This document shows, piece by piece, positions 10,185-21,214 of a stretch of 64,000 nucleotides of DNA (its first letter is position 1; each line of letters begins with the position of its first letter). This DNA is from an uncultured Limnohabitans sp. GTDB taxonomy: Bacteria; Bacteroidota; Bacteroidia; Cytophagales; Cyclobacteriaceae. Position numbers and translations under genes: made by a program. The stretch spans positions 39,549 through 103,548 of the forward strand of contig CAZGYC010000005.1 in the NCBI GenBank assembly GCA_964530015.1. Reading direction: 5' to 3'. The notes under the pieces were generated by a model that made no database searches, was not told the DNA's origin, and saw only the letters and a list, made by a program, of their open reading frames with translations.

Positions 10185-10321
10185 CCAGAGCTGCCTTTGG
10201 CAGCGTGGGGGCTTCCAACTTACTGGAGAAAGGCAATGGACAACAGGGTACGGCCGGTTAGCCACAATGCCGACGCACGGATAGCGAAACGAAGACCACC
10301 AAACTTATTCGAAAGACAAGT

Positions 10322-11503
10322 ATGACAACAATCCCCTCCCCGAACCCCAGAATCTCCTCCATTGATCTGGTCAAAGGCCTCGCCATGGTCATCATGGCCT
10401 TGGACCATGTTCGGGATTATGTGCATGCGCCTGCTTTTTTGTTTGATCCGGCGGACCCTGCCCAGACGACTTTGGCGATATTCTTTACCCGATGGGTCAC
10501 CCACTTCTGTGCCCCTGCATTCAGTTTTCTGGCCGGTATGTCAGCTTTTATGGTTGGCAAAAGAAAACCAAAAAGGGAATTGTCAGGGTTTCTTCTCAAA
10601 AGGGGACTTTGGCTTATTGCTATTGAAATGACCGTTGTGAATTTTGCATGGCTTTTTGATTTGAGTTTCGGGACCATCTTGCTGGTGGTCATTTGGTCAT
10701 TGGGAGTCAGCATGATCGTCTTGGCGGGTTTGGTTCACCTGCCCCGCAAGGCCATCCTGATTTTCAGCCTTGCGCTGATTTTTGGGCATAACCTCCTTGA
10801 CGGAATCCGAATGGACGAGTCGATTTGGTGGGCTGTTCTCCACGACGACCAACTGTTCCAATTGTCCGACAATCTTCTGTTGGCAGTAGGCTATCCCATC
10901 GTTCCTTGGATCGCAGTGATGTCTTTGGGCTATTGCCTGGGATCTTTTTACGACAGTGCCATGGATCCGGTCAAAAGAAAGCGGACATTCAACCTGATTG
11001 GGATTTGTGCAATTATACTGTTTGTCGGATTGCGGTGGACCAATGTCTATGGGGACCCAATTGCATTTGCCCATTTTGGCACAATTTCAAAGAGCCTTGT
11101 TTCATTTCTGAATCCAAGCAAGTATCCGCCCTCTCTTTTGTACCTCTTGATGACCTTGGGAGGGACATTCCTCCTTTTGGCCAACTCCGAAAGATGGAAG
11201 GGAAAAGCCGTGGATTTCATGTGTACGTTCGGAAGGGTGCCGTTCTTTTACTACATCCTCCACTTGTACCTGATCCACCTGATTGCGTTTGGTTTGGCAA
11301 CGCTTACCGGTTTTGGCTGGGAAAAGAACGTGGTCCTGTCGACCTGGGGAATTGTTGAAAACCCCATTCCCGGATATGGGTTCCCGCTTTGGGTAGTGTA
11401 TGCAGTTTGGGTTCTGGTGATCGGACTGTTGTATCCTTTGTGCAGGTGGTTTGATCGCTATAAAACGAACAACAAAGACAAGTGGTGGCTGAGCTACCTG
11501 TAG
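10322..11503 (+). CDS. DUF1624 / heparan-alpha-glucosaminide N-acetyltransferase-like membrane protein
   Basis: RISSIDLVKGLAMVIMALDHVRD, FFTRWVTHFCAPAF, KYPPSL and a WWLSYL C-terminus; multi-TM. Confidence 0.9.
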   Translation: MTTIPSPNPRISSIDLVKGLAMVIMALDHVRDYVHAPAFLFDPADPAQTTLAIFFTRWVTHFCAPAFSFLAGMSAFMVGKRKPKRELSGFLLKRGLWLIAIEMTVVNFAWLFDLSFGTILLVVIWSLGVSMIVLAGLVHLPRKAILIFSLALIFGHNLLDGIRMDESIWWAVLHDDQLFQLSDNLLLAVGYPIVPWIAVMSLGYCLGSFYDSAMDPVKRKRTFNLIGICAIILFVGLRWTNVYGDPIAFAHFGTISKSLVSFLNPSKYPPSLLYLLMTLGGTFLLLANSERWKGKAVDFMCTFGRVPFFYYILHLYLIHLIAFGLATLTGFGWEKNVVLSTWGIVENPIPGYGFPLWVVYAVWVLVIGLLYPLCRWFDRYKTNNKDKWWLSYL

Positions 11504-11531
11504 GAACTGGTTTTGGGCCGGGGGTTACCCG

Positions 11532-12584
11532 TTATCTAAAACCTTCATTGATCAGGCTCAGTGCTTGGTTCCCCGGGCACAGCGTATTTTCCTTCAATTG
11601 GTTCAGCGGGATCTCGCTGGTGTTCAGCGTCCGGTGGAGGTCCTTCCACTCGGTGTTGACATAAAGCAGTCCGGTCAGGATCTCCTCTTTCGCCCGCGCT
11701 TTTTGCAGAGCATTCACCGCAGCAATCCGGTCTTCGGGATCCCAGTCCAAGGCCAGCTTGTTCAACTGGATTTCCGAGCCATCGTGCATTTCCACTTGGG
11801 TGGATCTTCCTGCGTCGTAGCGCACATTGATCTCCTTTTTGGGAGGAACCAGATCCCTGGCCGAAGTCGCCTCAATATGCTCCCGGACGTAGTCATAGGA
11901 TTTGGTGGAGCCGGGGTTGTTGTTGAAAGTGACACAGGGAGATATCACGTTCAGAAAGGCAAATCCCGGATGCTGGATGGCGGCTTTGAGCAAAGGAATC
12001 AGTTGCTGCTTGTCACCACTGAAGCTTTGCGCCACAAAGGAGGCCCCCAGCTCAATGGCCATGCTGGCCAAGTCGATCGCCTGAAAGGGATTGATCGATC
12101 CCGATTTGTTTTTGGATCCCTGGTCTGCCGTGGCCGAGTCCTGTCCCTTGGTCAGTCCATAGCAGCCGTTGTTCATCACCACATAGACCATGTTCAGGTT
12201 TCTGCGAATCACATGGACAAACTGCCCCATGCCGATAGAGGCGGAATCCCCGTCTCCGGACACTCCAAAATAGACCAGATTCCGGTTTGCCATGTTGGCT
12301 CCTGTCGCGACGGAGGGCATCCGCCCGTGCACGGAGTTAAACCCATGGGAATTTCCCAAAAAGTAGGCCGGGGTCTTGGAAGAGCAGCCGATCCCGGAGA
12401 TTTTGGCGACCAGGTGCGGCTCAATGGACAATTCGAAACACGCCCGAACAACCGCGGCACTGATGCTGTCGTGCCCACAGCCCGCACACAGGGTGGACAG
12501 GCTTCCTTCGTATTCCTTGAGGGTATATCCCAGTTTGTTTTTGGGAAGCTTGGGATGGCTAAACAGCGGTTTCAGATAGCTCAT
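11532..12584 (-). CDS. korB: 2-oxoacid:ferredoxin oxidoreductase beta subunit (TPP-binding)
   Basis: LCAGCGH, GIGCS, HGRMPS, GDGDS...NN TPP motif, SPCVTFN. Confidence 0.9.
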   Translation of the reverse strand: MSYLKPLFSHPKLPKNKLGYTLKEYEGSLSTLCAGCGHDSISAAVVRACFELSIEPHLVAKISGIGCSSKTPAYFLGNSHGFNSVHGRMPSVATGANMANRNLVYFGVSGDGDSASIGMGQFVHVIRRNLNMVYVVMNNGCYGLTKGQDSATADQGSKNKSGSINPFQAIDLASMAIELGASFVAQSFSGDKQQLIPLLKAAIQHPGFAFLNVISPCVTFNNNPGSTKSYDYVREHIEATSARDLVPPKKEINVRYDAGRSTQVEMHDGSEIQLNKLALDWDPEDRIAAVNALQKARAKEEILTGLLYVNTEWKDLHRTLNTSEIPLNQLKENTLCPGNQALSLINEGFR

Positions 12585-14394
12585 GGCTGGAGTGGTTTTC
12601 TGGGTTTAGACAATGGGTGATTTGCTGCCGGATCGAGTCGGCTGTGATCGGCATCCCGTCGTAGTTGAGCACCGGCACGAGTTTTTTTGGATTGCAGTCC
12701 AGCTCCATGATCAGCATCTTGCGCATCTGGGCATCCCGGTTTTGTTCGATCACGAAAACCTGGGAGTGGCTGTCCACAAACTCGGCGACTTCCTTTCCAA
12801 ACGGGAAGGCTTTGATCCGGATGGAATCCACGGCAATCCCTTCTTCGGCGAGCAGGTCTTTGGCTTCTTCCGACGAAAAGGTGGAAGTGCCAAAAAACAG
12901 GATACCAACAGCCCCCGGACTGGAGGAAACACTGATTTCCGCGGACGGAACCAGTTGTTTGGCAGTCTCCCATTTCCGGATTAGCCGGTTCATGTTCCTT
13001 TCGTAGGCCGCTCCGTCTTCCGTATAGGCCGCATAGTCATCCTTGGAAGTCCCCCTGGTAACAAATGCCCCTTTGGTGGGGTGTGTACCGGGATAGGTTC
13101 GATAGGGAATCCCGTCTCCATCCGGATCCAGGTACCTGCCAAACTTGCCCATATCCTCCAACTCCGCTGCCGTCAACACTTTGCCCCGCTTGTAGTTCCT
13201 TTTGCTGTCCCACTCAAACGGATCACTTATGTGATCATTCATCCCCAAATCCAGGTCAGTCATCAGGATTACCGGCGTTTGCAACTGCTCCGCCAGATCA
13301 AAGCTCTCGGCAGTCATCCCAAAACACTCCTTGGGCGTAGCAGGGAAAAGCAGGATATGTTTGGTGTCTCCGTGGGAAGCAAAACCCGCTGCCATCAGAT
13401 CGGACTGCTGGGTACGGGTCGGCATTCCGGTACTCGGACCCGCCCGCTGCACATCGATCAGCACCGCGGGAACTTCCGCAAAATAGGCCAATCCCAAAAA
13501 CTCGCCCATCAGCGACACGCCGGGTCCCGAGGTCGCCGTAAAAGCCCTGGCTCCGTTCCAATTGGCTCCGATCACCATGCCCATGGCGGCGAGTTCGTCC
13601 TCTGCCTGGATGATCGCGTAGTTGTTTTCACCGCCTTCCGTTTTTCTGTATTGCTTGCAATAAGTTTCAAAAGCTTCGGCCACGGAAGTAGAGGGAGTAA
13701 TCGGATACCAGGCCATGACGGTTGCCCCTGCAAATACCGCCCCCAATCCGCAGGCGGTGTTCCCGTCCACCAGAATCTTGTCTTTCAACAGTTCCCTTTT
13801 TTCCAGCCTGAATGAAAGGGGAAATTCATGGTGTTTTTCCACATAGTCCATTCCCAAATCCAAGGCTCTGAAATTGGCCTCAATGAGTGCCTTTTTTCCT
13901 TCAAACTGTTCCTCTATCAGCTTTCGGATGACCGATTCATCCATCTCCAGCAATCTGACCAGCGCGCCGACATAGATGATGTTTTTCAGCAGTTGCCTTT
14001 TGCGTGGATCCTCAAAAGCCGCGTTGGCCATTTCCATCATCGGAATCCCGAGGTATTGGATGCCTTCCCGGAGATATTCCGGGGCGAGTTTTTTGGTGCT
14101 GTCGTAGACAAAATATCCCCCTTCCTTCACATTCTGCACGTCCTGGGCCATACTTTGGGGATTCACGCTGACCATCAGGTCCACCCCTTCCCGGCGGCCC
14201 AGGTAGCCTTTTTCGCTCACCCGGACCTCATACCAGGTCGGCAAGCCCTGGATGTTGGAAGGGAAAATATTTTTGGGGGTGACCGGAATCCCCATTCGGA
14301 AGATTGTCTTGGCAAACAGGTAATTGGCACTTGCCGATCCTGTCCCGTTCACATTGGCAAAACGGACGATAAAATCGTTGATTCGATGGTTCAT
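12559..14394 (-). CDS. korA: 2-oxoacid:acceptor oxidoreductase alpha subunit (gamma-alpha fusion)
   Basis: NVNGTGSAS, WYPITPSTS, QAEDELAA, TSGPG, VQRAGPSTGMPT. Start at ATG 14394 overlaps the upstream stop (ATGA). Confidence 0.9.
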   Translation of the reverse strand: MNHRINDFIVRFANVNGTGSASANYLFAKTIFRMGIPVTPKNIFPSNIQGLPTWYEVRVSEKGYLGRREGVDLMVSVNPQSMAQDVQNVKEGGYFVYDSTKKLAPEYLREGIQYLGIPMMEMANAAFEDPRKRQLLKNIIYVGALVRLLEMDESVIRKLIEEQFEGKKALIEANFRALDLGMDYVEKHHEFPLSFRLEKRELLKDKILVDGNTACGLGAVFAGATVMAWYPITPSTSVAEAFETYCKQYRKTEGGENNYAIIQAEDELAAMGMVIGANWNGARAFTATSGPGVSLMGEFLGLAYFAEVPAVLIDVQRAGPSTGMPTRTQQSDLMAAGFASHGDTKHILLFPATPKECFGMTAESFDLAEQLQTPVILMTDLDLGMNDHISDPFEWDSKRNYKRGKVLTAAELEDMGKFGRYLDPDGDGIPYRTYPGTHPTKGAFVTRGTSKDDYAAYTEDGAAYERNMNRLIRKWETAKQLVPSAEISVSSSPGAVGILFFGTSTFSSEEAKDLLAEEGIAVDSIRIKAFPFGKEVAEFVDSHSQVFVIEQNRDAQMRKMLIMELDCNPKKLVPVLNYDGMPITADSIRQQITHCLNPENHSSHELSETAV

Positions 14395-16193
14395 TTTAGA
14401 GCGGGAAAGGGAGCGGGAATCTGATAGGCTTTGGTCACACTGTAGAAATATTTCTGCATGTCCCAGGCAGAGGTCGGGCATCGCTCGGCGCAAAGCCCGC
14501 AATGGAGACAGACGTCTTCGTCTTTGACCATCACGCGCCCGGTTTTTAGGATATCGGAGACCAGCAGGTCCTGGGTCGTGTTTTCGGCTGGCACCAACAA
14601 ATTTTGTCTGAGCTGATCCTCCGGCTCATTTGCTGTGAACGTAATGCAGGAGGTGGGACACACGTCCATGCAGGCATCGCATTCGATGCATCGATCCTCT
14701 GTAAAAACCGTCTGCACGTCGCAATTGAGACATCGCTGGGTCTCTTTATAGGCAACGGAAACGTCAAATCCCAGCTCGACTTCCTTTTTTCGGTCTTTGA
14801 GCGTAATGGATTTTTTGGCCTGGGGTACCACATAGCGCTGATCAGCAGCGATCTGACTGTCATAGCTCCACTCGTGGATTCCCATCTTTTGGCTGACCAG
14901 GTTGGTATAGGGAGAAGGCCGGTCCTGCAGGTCTTTTCCCTGGCAAAACAAGTGGATGGACACCGCCGCCTGATGCCCATGGGCCACTGCGGTGATGACA
15001 TTCTCGGGCCCGAAAGCCGCATCCCCTCCAAAAAAGACATTTGGAAGTGTGGATTGAAACGTCTTCCGATCCACCACCGGCATATCCCATTCGTCAAACT
15101 CCAAGCCCAAATCCCGCTCGACCCACGGAAAACTGTTTTGCTGGCCGATGGCGATCAGCACCTCGTCCGCCTCAATAAATACTTCGGGTTCGTCGGTGGG
15201 GATCAGTTGTCTTTTTCCCTTTTCGTCGTACACGGCTCTTACTTTTTGGAATTTCATCCCGACAAGTCGATTCCCATCAATCTCAAAGCTCAAGGGCACA
15301 TGATTGTCAATAATCTGGATATCCTCGTGGGCGGCATCTTCTTTTTCCCAAGGCGAAGCTTTCATTTCGGCAAAGGGGCTCCTTACCACCACCTTGACTT
15401 CCTTGCCTCCCAATCTTCGGGCGGTTCGGCAGCAGTCCATTGCGGTATTTCCCCCGCCTAGGACGATGACTTTTTTGGAAATGGATTTGGTGTGCTCAAA
15501 GGCCACACTCGCCAGCCACTCGATCCCGATGTGGATTGCCGAGGCTCCTTCCTGTCTCCCCGGAAGTTTGGGCAGGTCTTTGCCACGGGGAGCACCTGTA
15601 CCGACGAAAACCGCATCGTATCCTTTTGAAAGCACATCTTTCAGACTTTCGACATAGGTCAAAAACTGGGTATGGATCCCCAAATCCAGGATGTAATCCA
15701 CCTCCTCGTTCAGGACGGTTTCCGGAAGCCGAAAGGAAGGAATCTGGCTCCGCATCATCCCTCCACCGGCAATCTGCTCATCGAAAAGGTGGACTTCATA
15801 GCCCAGCGGAGCCAAATCCCGGGCAACCGTAAGTGAAGCAGGCCCGCCCCCGATCAGTGCAATCCTCTTTCCGTTTTGGGGAAAAGGAGCCTGGGGCATC
15901 AGGCTTTTCACTTCCCCTTTTTGATCGGCAGCAACCCGCTTGAGTCGGCAGATGGCTACCGGCTCCTCCTCCACCCTGACCCTTCGGCAGGCAGGCTCGC
16001 AGGGCCGGTCGCATGTTCGCCCCAATATCCCAGGAAAAACATTGGACTCCCAGTTGACCATATAGGCCTCGGTGTATTTTTCGGCGGCGATCAGGCGGAT
16101 ATACTCCGGCACCGGGGTATGGGCAGGACAGGCGTATTGGCAGTCTACCACTTTGTGATAATATTCCGGATTCCGGACATCGGTCGGCTTCAT
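14391..16193 (-). CDS. GltD-like FAD/NAD(P)H-dependent oxidoreductase with C-terminal 2x[4Fe-4S] ferredoxin domain
   Basis: DCQYACP and CDRPCEPAC N-terminal clusters, GGGPAS and GGGNTAMDC dinucleotide motifs, CIECDACMDVCP and CLHCGLCAERCP. Confidence 0.9.
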   Translation of the reverse strand: MKPTDVRNPEYYHKVVDCQYACPAHTPVPEYIRLIAAEKYTEAYMVNWESNVFPGILGRTCDRPCEPACRRVRVEEEPVAICRLKRVAADQKGEVKSLMPQAPFPQNGKRIALIGGGPASLTVARDLAPLGYEVHLFDEQIAGGGMMRSQIPSFRLPETVLNEEVDYILDLGIHTQFLTYVESLKDVLSKGYDAVFVGTGAPRGKDLPKLPGRQEGASAIHIGIEWLASVAFEHTKSISKKVIVLGGGNTAMDCCRTARRLGGKEVKVVVRSPFAEMKASPWEKEDAAHEDIQIIDNHVPLSFEIDGNRLVGMKFQKVRAVYDEKGKRQLIPTDEPEVFIEADEVLIAIGQQNSFPWVERDLGLEFDEWDMPVVDRKTFQSTLPNVFFGGDAAFGPENVITAVAHGHQAAVSIHLFCQGKDLQDRPSPYTNLVSQKMGIHEWSYDSQIAADQRYVVPQAKKSITLKDRKKEVELGFDVSVAYKETQRCLNCDVQTVFTEDRCIECDACMDVCPTSCITFTANEPEDQLRQNLLVPAENTTQDLLVSDILKTGRVMVKDEDVCLHCGLCAERCPTSAWDMQKYFYSVTKAYQIPAPFPALK

Positions 16194-16330
16194 AGCTATT
16201 TTGGACTACTACAATCTAAAAACTCGAAATTTAACATAGGTATTGGGTATTTAATATAAACAATAATTCTGCAAAAAAGACAAGGGGCAGATTTGTGGAA
16301 ACAAAATGGCGCAGCATTTCCGAACGGGGT

Positions 16331-16531
16331 ATTCATGAAAACGGCCCCGGAATGCCAAACGCGATCATCGACAAGATCTTCCAGCCTTTTTTCACGACCA
16401 AACCCACCGGGCAGGGAACCGGCCTGGGACTCTCGCTGAGCTATGACATCGTGAAAGCCCACGGGGGAGAACTGCAGGTAAAATCAGTGCCGGGAGAGTT
16501 TACCACTTTCACCATTTTTTTGCGAGTTTAA
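16331..16531 (+). pseudogene. C-terminal HATPase_c remnant of a histidine kinase
   Basis: ENGPG...[35 protein letters not shown] with no H-box, N-box or credible start. Confidence 0.85.
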
Positions 16532-16550
16532 AAAACCTAACTTTTACCCT

Positions 16551-16928
16551 ATGAAAATCCTTGTAGTAGACGACGAACGAGATGTGGAAGACCTCTTTCG
16601 CCAGAAATTCCGCAAAGAAATCCGAAATGAGGGACTGGAGCTGCTTTTTGCATTTTCGGGAACAGAGGCCCTGGAAATCCTCGAAAGGAACAATCCCCCG
16701 CAGGTCGCCAGCGTTTTCTCGGATATCAACATGCCCGGAATGAGCGGGCTGGAGATGCTTGGCATCATCAGAACCCGCTTCCCCAAGCTCCGCGTCAGCA
16801 TGATCTCCGCTTACGGCGACGCCGACAACTACCAAAAGGCAATGAGCTTTGGGGCGAAGGGATTTTTCACCAAACCGGTCGATTTCGAATCCCTGAGAAA
16901 GGAGATCGGTGAAATATTGAGAAGCTAA
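16551..16928 (+). CDS. Single-domain response regulator (receiver) REC1
   Basis: ILVVDDE, FSDINMPG (phospho-Asp), ISAYG, FTKP. Confidence 0.93.
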   Translation: MKILVVDDERDVEDLFRQKFRKEIRNEGLELLFAFSGTEALEILERNNPPQVASVFSDINMPGMSGLEMLGIIRTRFPKLRVSMISAYGDADNYQKAMSFGAKGFFTKPVDFESLRKEIGEILRS

Positions 16929-16989
16929 ACCCTGCTTTTTCCCACTTTTCCACTTCAAAAAACAACCCCAAGAAAAGCCACCGAGTACT

Positions 16990-18351
<1,362 letters not shown>

Positions 18352-18353
18352 CT

Positions 18354-18734
18354 ATGAAAATTCTATTTGTTGACGACGAGCGGGATGTAGAGGCACTTTT
18401 TCTCCAGAAGTTCCGAAAAGAGATCAAAAGTGGCCAACTGGAGCTGGCCTTTGCTTTTTCGGGGCAGGAGGCACTGGATCTGCTGGGGGCGGACAATCCC
18501 CCCAAATTCGTCTATGTGTTTTCGGACATCAATATGCCGGGAATGAGCGGACTGGAATTGCTCGAGGAAATCAAATCCCGGTTTCCGCTGATACAGGTAA
18601 GCATGGTTTCGGCCTACGGCGACCAGGAAAATTACGACAAGGCGATGAATTCGGGAGCCAAGGGCTTCTTTACCAAGCCGGTGGATTTTGAAAGGCTGAA
18701 AACGGAAATCGCTGCGCTGGCTGGGGGCAGTTAG
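18354..18734 (+). CDS. Single-domain response regulator REC2
   Basis: ILFVDDE, FSDINMPG, VSAYG, FTKP. Confidence 0.93.
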   Translation: MKILFVDDERDVEALFLQKFRKEIKSGQLELAFAFSGQEALDLLGADNPPKFVYVFSDINMPGMSGLELLEEIKSRFPLIQVSMVSAYGDQENYDKAMNSGAKGFFTKPVDFERLKTEIAALAGGS

Positions 18735-19116
18735 TTTTTTGGAAGGGTGGCCGGACGGCTTCCCAGACCCGGACTTAGGTAGCCAGGTGAGCCATTCCGA
18801 TATTGCCAAAAACACTTTTGGTGATTTGCACGGCAAAATATGTGCTGCAAGATCAGAATATAAGGCTAAATTGGTACTTCGGGCCTGCATCTTGGGAAGA
18901 CAGGCAAAACAGGAGCTGAGGACAATGGAACCGGGGGGAGATTCTGAAACAGTCCCTTTTGTTTTTCACCACAAAAAGGCGAAGGAGATACCGGACTCCG
19001 ATCACGGTCTCCCATTTCCGATACAGCCTGTCAGGGAGACTCAGCGACTGGGTTTTTGGCGGGGATTTGACCCGATTTAGAACGTATTGCCTAAAACAAC
19101 ACCTTAATTTTTTCCA

Positions 19117-19497
19117 ATGAAAATTTTGATTGTAGACGACGAACAGGACGTGGAAATCATGTTCCTCCAAAAATTCAGGCATGAAATCAAAAGCAAACTG
19201 CTGGAAGTGGAATTTGCTTTTTCCGGCGAACAGGCCCTGGATTTGCTGGGAAACTCGGGCTCTCCGGATGTCGTGTACGTATTTTCGGACATCAATATGC
19301 CGGGAATGAGCGGCCTCGAACTTTTGTCCAACATCAAAAGCAGATTTCCCCATATATTAGTAAGCATGATTTCGGCCTACGGAGACAGGGACAACTACAA
19401 CAAAGCGATCGATTCCGGAGCAAAGGGATTTTTCACCAAGCCGGTTGACTTTGAATCCCTGAAAAACGAAATCGCAGAATTGCTAACTAACAAATAA
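19117..19497 (+). CDS. Single-domain response regulator REC3
   Basis: ILIVDDE, FSDINMPG, ISAYG, FTKP. Confidence 0.93.
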   Translation: MKILIVDDEQDVEIMFLQKFRHEIKSKLLEVEFAFSGEQALDLLGNSGSPDVVYVFSDINMPGMSGLELLSNIKSRFPHILVSMISAYGDRDNYNKAIDSGAKGFFTKPVDFESLKNEIAELLTNK

Positions 19498-19498
19498 T

Positions 19499-20539
19499 AT
19501 GGCAAAAATACTGGTAGTCGATGACGAAGAAGATCTGGAAATGCTTTTCCGCCAGAAGTACCGCCAAAAAATCCGATCCGGAGAGTACGAAATGTTGTTT
19601 GCGCTCAACGGGCAACTGGCCATGGATACGCTCAAAGACCACCCGGACGTGGACATGATCCTGAGTGACATCAACATGCCCGTGATGGACGGACTCACGC
19701 TCCTGTCCAACACCAAGGAGAAAAATCCCCTGGTCAAGACCATCATCATCTCTGCCTACGGAGACATGGAAAACATCCGCAAGGCCATGAATCTCGGTGC
19801 CTTTGATTTTGTGACCAAGCCGGTCGATTTTCAGGACCTGGAGATCACCATCGAAAAAACCCTCGGCTACATCAGCCAGATCAAAGGCACCCTGCAGGCG
19901 ATGAGGGAAAACAACATCCTGAGAATGTACGTGGATGAGACCGTCCTCAATTTTATGGGAGGGAAGGAGATCGAAACTGCGCTGATGGAAAACGAGACGA
20001 TAGAGGCATCCGTGGCATTCATCGATCTGGTGGGCTTTACCAAAATCTCGGAAAACGAAGAGCCCAATACCGTCGTGGGCCTGCTCAACGAATACTTTGA
20101 CCTGATGGTCCGGGAAATCATCGACCAAAAGGGGAGCGTGGACAAATTCATCGGAGATGCGGTCATGGCGGTATTCCAGGGGCCTGACCATCTCGCCCGG
20201 TCCATCAATGCCTGCCTGGCCATCCGAAGCAAGATGGAAATCATCCCCGAATACTCCGCGGAGACCCATTTCCGGCCGCAGGTTTCGATCGGGATCAATT
20301 CCGGGGAGATGGTCTCGGGCAACATCGGATCCAAATCCCTCAAACGACTGGACTACACCGTCATCGGTGACGCAGTCAATATCGCGTCCCGCCTCCAAAA
20401 TGCCGCCAACCCCAGCCAGATCCTGATCTTGGACCGCTGTGCAGCGATGGTAAAGGACAAGTTTGAGCTCCAACCCGTGGGAGAAATCAATCTGAAAAAC
20501 AAAGCAAACGCTGTGACGGTTTTTGAGGTGATCGGCTAA
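19499..20539 (+). CDS. Receiver-class III adenylate cyclase fusion
   Basis: N-terminal REC (LSDINMP). Cyclase motifs FIDLVGFT, VDKFIGDAVMA and LDYTVIGDAVNIASRLQ; the K and D specificity residues indicate ATP. Confidence 0.9.
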   Translation: MAKILVVDDEEDLEMLFRQKYRQKIRSGEYEMLFALNGQLAMDTLKDHPDVDMILSDINMPVMDGLTLLSNTKEKNPLVKTIIISAYGDMENIRKAMNLGAFDFVTKPVDFQDLEITIEKTLGYISQIKGTLQAMRENNILRMYVDETVLNFMGGKEIETALMENETIEASVAFIDLVGFTKISENEEPNTVVGLLNEYFDLMVREIIDQKGSVDKFIGDAVMAVFQGPDHLARSINACLAIRSKMEIIPEYSAETHFRPQVSIGINSGEMVSGNIGSKSLKRLDYTVIGDAVNIASRLQNAANPSQILILDRCAAMVKDKFELQPVGEINLKNKANAVTVFEVIG

Positions 20540-21214
20540 GGCGGTTGCTTTTCGGAAAATCGGACAAAACTTCCCGCTTGTTTGCTTCAAAAATCGACAG
20601 CTCCCACCACAAAAGTATTTTTGGTGTTCTCAGGGATTTTCCAAAACCATAGACCGCAGAAGCGGGAAGAATTTTCACCACGGGTAATGGAGGAAGAAAG
20701 AGCAATAGCTTTCAAGCCCTGTCAGGAACTCCAACCCACCCATTCGCCACAAACCTTTTTTGAGGTCACAGAGCTCAAAAGCTTCGCTTTTTTGGCTATG
20801 GAATCCGCATTGATCAGCGGGAAATTTTTCACCGCAGGAGACGCCGGGAAACGCACAGGGATTTAACCACAGAATCTGTGCATCTGTGGCCCATCCAAAA
20901 AACGCCGATTGGTGAAGCTCCCGGCTGGAGCTCCGCCGACGCCTGCTGTTTCGAAACCAAAGACTTCTTTTTCTCCTGTGGTTGGTTTTTTTGCGGTGGA
21001 TGGGCATCCCATGAAGCAACATGAAGCCTCCGATTCCATTTCCCAAATCAGTAAACCGGAACAGAAAAGGCTCGTTTCGACTGGCTCTGTCGTGTTTTGG
21101 GACAAATAATATTTCGAAAATCGTCCGATTCCGATCTATTTTGGCTATGGCCCTTGGGGATTTTGCAAAAAACCAAAGATTCCCAGTAGATTAATTGCCC
21201 AAAACCCAAATGAT

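Noticed and set aside
18735-19116. ORF 18739-19080 and a minus-strand open frame between REC2 and REC3
   Set aside because: No recognisable family, start context or composition support. It may be a decayed gene, but I cannot assign it.
20540-21214. Several 66-123 aa ORFs in the gap after the cyclase
   Set aside because: Mutually overlapping, with no motifs; treated as non-coding.
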